From: Lingula anatina
Taxonomy: Eukaryota; Animalia; Brachiopoda
NCBI GenBank assembly: GCA_051362555.1
Contig: CM120640.1
Span: 56,212,788 to 56,276,787 of the forward strand
Reading direction: 5' to 3'
DNA length: 64,000 bases
The notes under the pieces are model-generated. The model made no database searches and was not told the DNA's origin. It worked only from the letters and a program-made list of their open reading frames with translations. Both the position numbers and the translations under genes were made by a program. Positions 45,401 through 58,845 of this stretch are shown here, in pieces; within the stretch, counting starts at the first letter, position 1; each line of letters begins with the position of its first letter.

Positions 45401-48400
45401 GCCCTATATGTTTCATTACCTGTTTTCTGTAGCCAAAGTAATATCCAAGGAATATGAGTGGCAGAGATATACCAAACCACATGGCCAGCAGAGCAATCAT
45501 GGTGCTAAAAGGCACCTGGAGTGGAAAATGTTTTTAAACAATATTACTTCTAAAATTTGAAGGACACATGCATAGGATATACAGTTTAGCAAATACATAA
45601 AAAAGCACTGTTACCTTTAAGTAGCTTTCTTCATATCAAAACAGAACAATAAATATTACTTTTCCTTTAGCTTCCTTAATTTATTTGAACTAGCCAGCAC
45701 TTACAGCTCCTGAGGACCTCTTTCCCCAAATGAAAAAGTTGAGAAGAAGACAAATGCAGTACACAATGGATGGGTATAATAATGCAGTCTGAAAACAAAA
45801 ATGAAATATATCAAATATTTCCTTAGTTTTACAAATGCATTTGAAAAAAAAAATCAAATTTTATCCCACCTAAATAAGAACCAATTATGTAGCATTTCAG
45901 TTTTAATTTTTTAGTGTTTTCCCTTATTACCTGCATGGCAGTGCTCTTCCACTGCAGACCTTTCATGGTCTTATACAGTCTGCCAGAGAAGAAACCTCCA
46001 ATAACCCTAAAAGAAAAATATATAATGGTCTTCACATCTGGTTCATAAGAGGTGAAATCTATAGAGATCTAGGGAACAATGATAAATTTTCTGCTCAGTG
46101 AAAAATTTCTAAAAACATAGGGGCCAACCCACAATGTTTAACCCTTTGTTACGTCTTTTCCCCTCAGTAAACTTTTTTTCATATCCCATCCAAATGAACA
46201 GATTTTGAAAAATAGTGGAGATACAAAACAATTACATCAGAGATTAAATATCTTAAACATTACAAGATATAATATGATCTTTATCATGGAACTATACAAC
46301 AACCTACCCCATGAACATAAAGAGGAAGATGGCGGCTGTCATGAGTGCACCTCTTGAAGCTGGAGACAACATCCCCATCATTGCAAACACTGAAAACATA
46401 AAACAGTTGAAGAAATCCAGGTCTCAATCATGAAGTATACTGACAGAACTAAGAACCTGCCTAAACATATGTTAACATTTTGCTTATTTACTGAAAGACA
46501 GCAGAAAACTAGAGGATCAGAGAGGCGATACCGCCTCCGAATATTGTACCACCAGCTGGAGCAAGCGCATTCGTATAGACCCCCACATACACAAAAGAAG
46601 GGACACAGCCACCAGTCTTATGCTTGAGAAGCTGTAAAAATGCAATCAACAAGAATTTTCAAAATATGCAAAAAATATATATAACTTAAAATGGTACAAT
46701 CAAAGTTAAGTTCATCGTAAGGTAGGTCAAAGGTCAATTTCAAGGTCACAGTAAATTGCCAGTATATGACTTCCTATTCAACTTTAATGGTAACTATGGA
46801 CCTATCTCTGCCAGGTTTGGAGTTAAAAGAGAAAGAAATTTGCAAAGTTCAGTTCATAGTGAAAAGTAGGTCAAAGGTCAATTTCAAGGTCACATTTAGA
46901 TTGCCAGTATATGACTTTCCATGCAAGTTCAATAGAAACTATGGACCTATCTCTGCCAGTTTTGGAGATAAAAGGGAACCAAAATTTGCAAAGTTCAATT
47001 CATGATAAAAAGTTGGTCAAAGGTCAATTTCAAGGTCACACTTAGATTGCCAGTATATGACTTTCCATGCAAGTTCAATAGAAACTATGGACCTATCTCT
47101 GCCAGTTTTGGAGATAAAAGGGAAGCAAAATTTGCAAAGTTCAATTCATGATAAAAAGTAGGTCAAAGGTCAATTTCAAGGTCACATTTAGATTGCCAGT
47201 ATATGACTTTCCATGCAAGTTCAATAGAAACTATGGACCTATCTCTGACTTCTTATTCAAGTTCAATAGTAACTATGGACCTATCTCTGCCAGTTTTGGA
47301 GATAAAAGGGAAGAAAAATATGCAAAGTTCAGTTCATGGTGAAAAGTAGGTCAAAGGTCAATTTCAAGGTCACAGTAAAATTGCCAGTATATGACTTCCT
47401 ATTCAACTTCAATAGTAACTATGGACCTATCTCAGCCAGTTTTGGAGATATAAGGGACTAAATGTTTTAATTTTGGAGTTACCATAATGTGCCATAAATT
47501 TCCTACAGAAAAAATTAATTAAAATAAAGAAAAGGTCATTTTGGTCAAAATTCTTGAAATAAGAGGTGCTCTGAGTTCCAGATGTTCAAATTTGATGACA
47601 TAATGTCATTTTTGACCACAAGTTGTCTGCTTTGCCAAGCCTTATGTTTTATTTTTCCGGAGTTCAAAATTTATTATCCATTACCGTACTGCACATTTTG
47701 CTTTCACCACCAATATGTGCCAGTATATGACTTCCTATTCAAGTTCAATAAAAACTATGGACCTATCTCTGCCAGTTTTGGAGATAAAAGGGAAGCAAAA
47801 TTTGCAAAGTTCAGTTCATGGTGAAAAGTAGGTCAAAGGTCAATTTCAAGGTCACAGTAAGATTGCCAGTATATGACTTCCTATTCAACTTCAATAGTAA
47901 CTATGGACCTATCTCTGCCAGGTTTGGAGTTAAAAGAGAAAGAAATTAGCAGAGTTCAGTTCATGGTGAAAAGAAGGTCAAAGGTCAATTTCAAGGTCAC
48001 ATTAAGATTGCCAGTATATGACTTCCTATTCAACTTCAATAGTAACTATGGACCTATCTCTGCCAGTTTTGGAGATAAAAGGGAAGCAAAATTTGCAAAG
48101 TTTAATTCATGGTGAAAAGTAGGTCAAAGGTCAATTTCAAGGTCACAGTAAGATTGCCAGTATATGACTTCCTTTTCAAGTTCAATAGTAATTATGGACC
48201 TATCTCTGCCAGTTTTGGAGATAAAAGGGAAGCAAAATTTGCAAAGTTCAGTTCATGGTGAAAAGTAGGTCAAAGGTCAATTTCAAGGTCACATTTAGAT
48301 TGCCAGTATATGACTTTCCATGCAAGTTCAATAGAAACTATGGACCTATCTCTGCCAGTTTTGGAGATAAAAGGGAAGCAAAATTTGCAAAGTTTAATTC

Positions 48401-51400
48401 ATGGTGAAAAGTAGGTCAAAGGTCAATTTCAAGGTCACATTTAGATTGCCAGTATATGACTTCCTATTCAAGTTCAATAGTAATTATGGTCCTATCTCTG
48501 CCAGTTTTGGAGATAAAAGGGAAGCAAAATTTGCAATGTTCAATTCATGACAAAAAGTAGGTCAAAGGTCAATTTCAAGGTCACATTTAGATTGCCAGTA
48601 TATGACTTCCTATTCAACTTCAATAGTAACTATGGGCCTATCTCTGCCAGTTTTGGAGATAAAAGGGAAGCAAAATTTGCAAAGTTCAGTTCATGGTGAA
48701 AAGTAGGTCAAAGGTCAATTTCAAGGTCACATTTAGATTGCCAGTATATGACTTCCTATTCAACTTCAATAGTAACTATGGGCCTATCTCTGCCAGTTTT
48801 GGAGATAAAAGGGAAGCAAAATTTGCAAAGTTCAGTTCATGGTGGAAAGTAGGTCAAAGGTCAATTTCAAGGTCACAGTAAAATTGCCAGTATATGACTT
48901 CCTATTCGACTTCAATAGTAACTATGGACCTATCTCTGCCAGTTTTGGAGATATAAGGGACTAAATGTTTTAATTTTGGAGTTACCATAATGTACCATAA
49001 ATTTCCTACAGAAAAAATTAATTAAAATAAAGAAAAGGTCATTTTGGTCAAAATTCTTGAAATAAGAGGTGCTCTGAAGTTCCAGATGTTCAAATTTGAT
49101 GAAATAATGTCATTTTTGACCACAAGTTGTCTGCTTTGCCAAGCCTTATGTTTTATTTTTCCGGAGTTCAAAATTTATTATCCATTACCGTACTGCACAT
49201 TTTGCTTTCACCACCAATATGTACTTTTTGATACAGCGTAGCTCGAAAATCGTATGGAATACAAAAAAACGGAGACCACTTCCAGTGTTGGGCTTTACAT
49301 GCTCTACATAATGCAAAAAGGAATGGGTCTCTAGCATTAACGGTTCCCGAATTAGAGACAGTTTTCAGTTTCGGTATCTTACGGCCGCTACTCCCGTTAA
49401 AATGCACCGATTGACCCCAAATTCACGGAGATGAAAGATGACCTGAAGGGTATCATTTTCCAATAATATTATTGGTTAAGTCTGTGTGGTGTCTGAATAA
49501 CAGTGCAAATAATTTTTTTTCGTAAAAAAATTCATTTTTTTGAAAAATTTGGCCTGTTTGACCTTGAAATAAAGGTCAAAGGTCAAATCCAAGGGCATAT
49601 TTGAAATCTACACATATGACTTTTGGAAAGCCGTCTGTAGAAATTTTTCCCATAATTCCTTCCGTAGGGTAGATAATTAGCATTTAATTTTGCCATTTTT
49701 GGACAAGGGTGCATTGTAATGAATGCCACACCTAGACCCCAATACCGACGTGGAACGAGTTGAGATTATAGGTGACCTAAATCCAAGAGATGGGTATGGG
49801 GGCCCTTACCGTCTAGGAGGAGAAGCGGTAACGGTAACATGGCGGCGGAGCCGCAGGAGCCGGCGGAACGGACCCGACGGGACTAAAACCATGTGTACCG
49901 CCAGCGCTAACGCTGGTGGTACCATTATTATAATTCAAGTCCAGAACCCACCTACTGTGACAAATGACATGCAGAAGATCTGTACCCCAGACCCCACCAG
50001 GGCAGCAAACAGCTTGTTATGTCTGGGAGGCCTAAACACATCTCCATGGACCAACTTCCAACCAGACTCCTCTAGGGTATCCTCCTGGTATCAATGTAAA
50101 ACAAAGTAACCATTGTCACTTTCTCAGATATTTCAATTTTTTCTTATGAAAATTGTCCTTCTGCAGTTTAAAATTTATCAAAGCTCAATTCTGCTGAATA
50201 TCTACTTTCCCAGTAAGGATACTGGATTTATTGTTGAATTTATATGGCATTGTAAAAAGAATGGTTTGTAGAGTTAAAATTATCTGAATTCTAATCCTCC
50301 ATCTTTTATTAATGTAATCTAAAGATTACTTTATGAATCAGAAGCAGCAGTGCTTGGTATTTTGGTCATCCAGGGGTTGACCCTCTTTAAGGTGTCATTT
50401 AGATTCAACTACCCAACTATGTTATTGTACACTTATTAGCACATTCACAAATTATGCTTTAGAAAATGAATTATTTCAATTCTGAGCAAGCACAACCAGA
50501 GACAGTATAAAATAGATTCTCATTTTGGATTTGTCTTCATATACAGAGTTGTGTTTTTCATATATGTTCCCACATAACCTAAATAATAAATGTCTGCATC
50601 CTGTCTTCTATATTCATATATCTACCACTCATTGCTCATTTTCACTAGAACTACTGTTAAATATTCTATGAGCTACGTCTTCTAAGTCAATTTTACAAAA
50701 TGTCACATTATGTGTATGTAGAAGATATACTACAGGTTTTTTGCACATAAAATCTTGAAAATATGAAATAATAATAAAAGAATCACCCAGGCATCATTAA
50801 CATTTATATTATAGATCCCCCCCTCCCCCAAATAAAGAAAAAGAAAAAAAAACTATGACTTACAAATTCTTCATCCTTGTTGTACCTGGCTATGTCTCTT
50901 CTCAGTGTTCTAATGATGATCATTGTCAAGATACCTTCAAAGTACACAAACAGGTCAATATTCTAGATAATGGTATATTTGTTATAGATTCAATCCTTTT
51001 CTTACATAAATACTCCTAAAACCAAGTAAAACATTTATTTACTCAACAGAATAGCATCAGGGACAACCCTTACTCTTATATAAGACACAGATAGTGCTTA
51101 TGACAGCAAATAAGTAAATTTTAAATAAAAATCACATTGTGTTCACCTAAATCTAATTTAATAAAATACACAGTTTAGTATATATAATATTCAACTAAAT
51201 TTTCACTGAAAGGTATGCAACTTGCCTGCTAAGAAGAGGACAACCACCACAGAGTTGATAATGGAGAACCAGTGAATCTGGACATCACTCATGGTGAGGT
51301 ATGTGTCCCATCGGGAGGCCCACTTCACCTCACTGGGCTTCCAGACAACTTCATAGGTGAACTGTACTTTGACTTTACCTGTACATACAGATATAATTAA

Positions 51401-53642
51401 ATGCATTAAATGAACTACATCTGTGAAGTCAATATAAGCTGAGGACATGACAAATCTTGTACTATATGCAAGGCAGTCACATACACGAAATCTGGCGTTC
51501 AGTTTATCTTTTCTTCAGATTGTACACAGTCAAACCATCTTCTGTGACAGCCTTATAGTGCTTACCTGAAGGTGGAATTTCCTGGAACTTATACTGTTTC
51601 TTTACTGGATCAAAGTCTGTGCATTTCCCATCACTAATTGCTACTTCCCCAGCACCTATACTTCTTGTTTCAACCTCAAAACCAACAACTCTGTATGTTG
51701 GTCTGAAACCAAGAGAAAGCTTATTTATCTGTACCCAAAGCAAATATCACAATTCAGAAGCACTATGACCAGCATCTAAAAGAAGAATTTTTGTGTTAAA
51801 GTGACTAAGAAATATCCCAAAATTTCAATGAGAAAGCAAAAATATGGACTGTACTCACTGTTCAGGTATGGTGGTGTCCAAATGATAACTCAAGATCAGC
51901 TTCAAATGGTTGTTGATATAGGTCTGAAATTCAAATTAAAGGATACTTACTAAGACACTACTTCAACAAGTGATGGGATAATTTGCAACTCAGCAGAAAA
52001 TTTATTTTTACAACATTTAACATTCAAATAAAGAATAATGAAGAATTACTTTGAAATATGAAGTCTCACCTTTTTATCCACCTGAAAGCCCAATTTGTAT
52101 CCATGTTCATACTGGACTTCCTTTGTGTCCAGTGTCTCAAACTTTGTAGCACATGGTAAATTGTCCACAATCCTTACATATAAATCATTTTTAATTAAAT
52201 AATTTCAGAAACATACACATGAATTGGAACAAACTAAAGTGATCAGTTTAACAACAGTAATGACAGTAAGCTACATGACTTGAGTACACAGCCTTATTTG
52301 TAAAACAATCTTTTAGCATTATACTTTTAAGTATTTACAGTAACATGCACATATCACTTGAAGTTCAAATAAAAGAAATTTAAATGTTGCTTTTGTATTT
52401 CACAATTCAATGTTATTACACAACATGGGCAACATGAAGAGTAAGGCCTAGTTATACACATAAACATACAAATGAACGTAGTAAGACTCCTCAATCCTTT
52501 TGAATATTGCCTTTGTCTGTTTCTCATCAAACTCCACTGCAGTGCACAAAGAGGTACAGGCTTTATTATCATTCATTTTCACCTGAAATCACAACATATT
52601 TCACTATGTTTCTAAGGTAGAAAAATTGACAACCATGAGCAACACTGAAAAGTAAACTGTCATCAAAAATATTTTGAGCATTTAAATGTATTAATATCAA
52701 CTTGATAACAATCGTAATGCATGTCAAATTTATATGCTTGATATTCTAAGTAACTGCCTCTAGTTGAAAAGAACAGATACCCACAAGTTGCATAAGTAAA
52801 TGACATAAAGTTTAATATTATTAGATAAAGCTTCTCTCTGCTGCAATCAGATAAACCGATGTTGTAAATCAATTTCATTAGTACAAAATCCCTATCCCAT
52901 TTGCCCAACCAAAGCTCTAGATGTTCGCTTCTACATTTATGCATTACTCCAAAAAGGATACCTAACCTTGAACCTTGGACAGAAACATTTATTCTCATTC
53001 AATGAACACCTGAATGATCAAATATAAAGGAAATAAGGAGAGTGAAATGAAGAGTTGTAACTATGCTAAACAGCCCAGCAGCAAAGGTGACAAACCTTGA
53101 ATGCTGTGTTTGTAATTCTGTCACCTCTAAAGATCTCTCCTAAAAGTTAAAATATATACAAATATATTAAGACAAACCTTATAAGCTGTGTTTACAATCC
53201 TGTCCCCTCTTAATACCTCTCCTAAAACGAGAAATTACAATTTCACAATTTTCCACTGCAACAATTTTTACTACTTTCTTTCATGATCCAACGGTACTTT
53301 TTCCATCAATCTTTTTAAAAGATGTGTTCCATTAGTAATGTGCCTGTATGCCATATATTATCATCTAAATATAAAACATTTCTTAGCAAATGTGTGGTTG
53401 GCATAAGCACAGTACCAGCAGTTTTAATCTTATAATTAAAGCATGCTTTTACCTAGGTTTTCTGCTTTGTATTCAACTCCCTCACTAGGTGCACAAAAGG
53501 GAAGGGAGAAGTATTCATAAGGTAGCTGAGTCTTTACACTGGTCATTTTGACTGCCTGTAAATTAAAGAAGTCTATGAAATATGCTCAACTCATTTAGAA
53601 AACTGTCAGATTTTTTCTTTTTCTTTTATCTTCCATATAATT

Positions 53643-53678
<36 letters not shown>

Positions 53679-55027
53679 GGCAAAGAGGCACACATTTCAA
53701 TTTAGTATCAAATATTTACCTTGACTTCTACATCTTGTTTATCAGCAAATTCAACTGGTGCCACACCTGGTACATAAAAACCTTTAACATCCAAAGGAAT
53801 GGTAAGCAGCCAACATAGACATATGGCATAGAAACCTTTCATCTGGAACCCAAATATATCAATGAACTGTAACCATACAGTTTTTATAAAACAATGGCAA
53901 AAACAGCGGTTTTAATAAATTATGCTTGAATTTATTGTATGTTGGAAATCTGTTAAGCTCCCTTTACAATGGATGGCATCTTTTCTGCATCCTTTGTGCG
54001 ACCATGAAACTGGCATCGCTGTGGTCATAGAAAGGAGGCATAAGCATAGCTTTGGTTGCAGAATGAATGCTAAATGGCTGGCCAGTTGTCAGCATATTAA
54101 GTTGTTTTTTTTACTCTCACACAGGGCTGTACTATGGGACAAAGAAAAGGCATCGTCCAATAAAAGTTATGATTTGTTAACTACCTAAGCACTATGATTT
54201 ATAGTTACAAAAATAAAAGCGACACATTTCTTGATCGAAATTTGCACAGTGTCACGGCGTCAGTGCCAAGTGAAGGTCCAAAGCTGACCAAACATTAAAA
54301 GAATACAGCTAGCCAAACAAAATGTTTGAGTCTTACGTTTTATGTCAGAAAACTTAAAATGCACCTCATATACTTTCGAAAGAAGTGTGTGAGACATTTA
54401 CCGTATGATTCAGCCCACTTGCGTAAGGCTGAGACAAAATCGCATTATAGTCAGATGACATCAAGAAAGTACTGTATGCAAAGATGGGCGGGCTGTTTTA
54501 AGAGTTAATTTCAAATTAAACATCACCTATGCCAGAATTTTAGTGTGGCTTAAAGGAATAAACCACTGAAAAGTCGACTGCACTTCACCACTGCCAATCA
54601 CTAAAATAAAGGTACTGCATTCGACATAAATATACCCAGCTAACTTACGTTGGGTCTCACAACCAGGGGTAATCCTAGAGAGGGGTGAGAAACGTCCATT
54701 GTTCTCGTCAGCGAGGCTGGCTTTTTTCAGGGTATGTACGCACAGACAGAAAACTAAGTATTGTGGGAACGTTACTAATGAAGCCACTGGTAGTACTAGT
54801 AGATGTCAGCCTGTAGTCTTGAACAAGCGCCTCGATGACGAGTGAACAGTTGTCAAAAACAAAAGACCCAGGTGTGGTAGTTCAACTACTGTTCATGCGT
54901 GCTGCAACCACCGAGCCTAATTGCTCCTCAAGGTCACAAAACAATATCCGGTACTGACGGCCAGGCTCATCTTAATCATATAAGTAGCGCGTTTCCACCC
55001 CCTGTCACAACTCACCTTCGTCGCCAT
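42433..55027 (-). CDS. TM9SF4: Transmembrane 9 superfamily member 4 (nonaspanin)
   Basis: About 20 exons: MATK (55016-55027), signal + FYVPGVAP (53720-53842), [34 protein letters not shown] (51226-51378), [16 protein letters not shown] (49952-50084), [46 protein letters not shown] (43086-43175), last exon ending KIYGAIKID* (42433). Confidence 0.96.
46507..49933 (-). mobile_element. HINE (non-autonomous Helentron) carrying a satellite of about 146 bp, in a TM9SF4 intron
   Basis: On the minus strand: 5' GTACCACCAGCG-ttag-CGCTGGCGGTAC, GC-rich microsatellite-like tract, arrays, 3' subTIR GCTGGTGGTAC, hairpin GGAGGCG-gtat-CGCCTC and CTAGTT end; T-rich target. Confidence 0.88.
46700..48960. repeat. 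Two tandem arrays of a 144-146 bp unit (about 5 + 8 copies)
   Basis: AGGTCAAAGGTCA anchor at about 46724, 46868, 47014, 47160, 47348, 47830, 47975, 48121, 48267, 48413, 48559, 48705 and 48851. Confidence 0.95.
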
Positions 55028-55430
55028 GTTGGATCGTCAAACGTGGAAGATTACGTTTTTTTTCAGATTCAAACTCTCATGGACATTAACAACCATTCGA
55101 CTATTGGATATTGAGTAATCATAATATTTTGTAAATGCTTTATTCAAAACCATGTCAAATTTACCAAAATAACTCTTCTCGCGTGTCCGGGATCATAATA
55201 AACTTGTCCAATTAAGGGGAGAAAGCTCAACGATATTTTAGTAAAAAAAATATTTCATAGCCAATTTCTTAGTATTTTCGACAAAAAAGATTATGCTCAT
55301 TGAAATATTTTGATGTTAAAATTTTTGGTTGAAAGATAGATGATTTTTTCTAGATGTAAGTGGTGAAGGTCAAAAGCCTTCTACCCATTGCTTACATTAT
55401 ATACTCCCAACCTAAACCGACCTCTTTCCC
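55028..55430. promoter_or_regulatory. Bidirectional promoter TM9SF4/RPS20 with TCT/5'TOP motif
   Basis: YY1-like AACATGGCG over the TM9SF4 ATG (minus strand); polypyrimidine CCTCTTTCCC at 55421-55430 upstream of the RPS20 ATG. Confidence 0.6.
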
Positions 55431-55531
55431 GAAGATCCCTCGTGTCGAGAAGCATCTTGTGGATCAGAAGTTACTGGCTCACCGCTGTTCTGTGTTAATT
55501 ACATTGAATACGTCGGCCAGATAAATACATT

Positions 55532-56893
<1,362 letters not shown>

Positions 56894-58845
56894 AGGGAAT
56901 GACATCCTGAATCAATTTGTGACATTTCTTTTACTAAGATAAATAAAGAAATCAACATAGAACAAGATGTTAATTTTGTTTGGCTTTGCTTTATTTCACA
57001 TGCCGAAGACCATTAACTATTATTTCGCCGCTCTCGTGGGAGGTAAAAACAGATCTGAAATATTAGAAAAGCTGTCAAAATCTCTGAATTTTATAATCTC
57101 TTACAAATTAAAATAAAAGCTGGAGAGTGTGATGAGTATTTTATCAAACAGCTGCAATTATTAGAAAGGTTCGGTGCACGGAGATCTTGGTTCCCTACCA
57201 CCGCTTCCCTACCACCGTTTAACGGACGGTTATTATCCTGATTACTTGTGTAGTCTTTTTCTACACAGAAAATACTTGTAATAAAGCTTAGTAGGCGGTA
57301 AAGGCCAGTGATAATAGGTCTGTAACAAGATCATCCCACACCTCGCACCATGGGCGGAACGGAAAAAGGATTTTGTCATTCGAAAATGATATAGGGGATA
57401 CCGAGTTCCGGCGTAAAAGGAAGAAAATAGCCTTAGGCATACAAAAGCATGCCTTTTTACATCGGTTTTTAAAAATATCCAAAATGTACCAAATTTGGAC
57501 AAAAAAATTCAGAGAGAGAACTTTATCACAAGGTTTTCACATCTACAAAAGCTTGGCACGTTTTTGTTCTGTCCTGCGGTAATATTTGCGCAACTACGCC
57601 ATCACCGCAGAGAGTAGGCTCTTCGTCCCATGAAGGTGTCTTGGTGAACACTGAAATAGAGAAGTGGCAATAACTCACTTTTAGCTGTTGTTTGAAAAAA
57701 TATAATTAATTGGCTTTGGAGTGATTCTTCCCATCTCCAGTGTAACTTTAATTTAAGAATAACTCCGATTTTTGTGGGAAACAATGTGTTTCGAAAGCAC
57801 AGACAAAAATGCGTATAAGTACTATATTCTCTCAGAGTTACGTTATGTTCGAGTCACACGACGTGTTGACACGTACCTGCTGAAGCAAACTTTACTTCCA
57901 AAACTCTGGTGTTGATGAGACATTTCAGCTGTTATTTTTTCTAACAAGTTAATTTGGGCAGCGTTTAAAAAGTAAACACCTCGCCAGTGAGGTCAACCTG
58001 TCACTCATTGCTATCACCTACATATATCTTACCCAGTTAAGAGAAATGTTAAAGGATGAGCAGGTATGCATGTCAGCCACCGAACAGCCGAGTCGCATTT
58101 GAAAATGCTGCACACGTAGGTCATTCATAACGCCCAAGGCAAAACGAGTAGCACATTAAATCGCAACGCTAAATAATTTCCCTTTCCAATCCCAGTCTTG
58201 CCTAAGCGCAAAATGCGGCCGGTGGATTTCTGTGTCAATTATGTAAATTAAGGTTGACATATTAGATCCGTTTATTTTTTTCTTTACTCACTCACCGAAA
58301 TCCAGATTTAAGACTTGTGTCACTTGTGTTATAAGGCATATATTTTAAATGCGAACACCTAAAAAGCACCACGTCTGCTTAAAAGAACTTTTCATAGTTT
58401 TTTAATTCATTCAAATGCACCTCTCTCGAAAAACTAAAGCATTGACTCCATTGAGTATTATACTCATTACTATTCTAAAGCCGTCACTACAACGAAATCG
58501 TACTTTCAGTACAGGGTGTCACGAAATGCGGCATACCTAAATGTAAAATGCTCCTTTTCAAAATTATTTGCTCCATATGCCGTCCATATGATTTCCATTG
58601 CAAAATTGTAATCATAAGTCTTTGACAAGAAACAAAACATAACCATCTTTAACTAATGATTGTTAAACTGAATATATTAGAATGTTTTATTTTGGCTCAA
58701 CCTGTATTCGCCCTGTACAGATATATGCAAATGAAGTGAACATCACAACGGCGAACCCACCTCAGTGTGTCACGAACGCGGGTGTCACTCCTTACTCAGG
58801 TATTCACCTGTTCACATCTTGTAATAGTACTGGTATTGTTCTAAC

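Noticed and set aside
46700-48960. CRISPR-like array
   Set aside because: Whole units repeat with no unique spacers; eukaryotic intron; no cas genes.
46766-49407. Repeated short ORFs (e.g. [18 protein letters not shown]) in the ORF track
   Set aside because: Chance translations of the satellite; units are not a consistent multiple of 3 and stops recur.
51935-51950. GTATCCTTT on the minus strand in a TM9SF4 intron
   Set aside because: It lies near the 3' end of the intron, whose real donor is U2-type (GTGAGA); not a U12 intron.
54230-55000. CpG-enriched stretch in TM9SF4 intron 1 as a structured ncRNA (telomerase, RNase P/MRP, 7SK) or alternative first exons
   Set aside because: No template or conserved-box motifs found; candidate donors are unsupported; most simply promoter-proximal unmethylated DNA.
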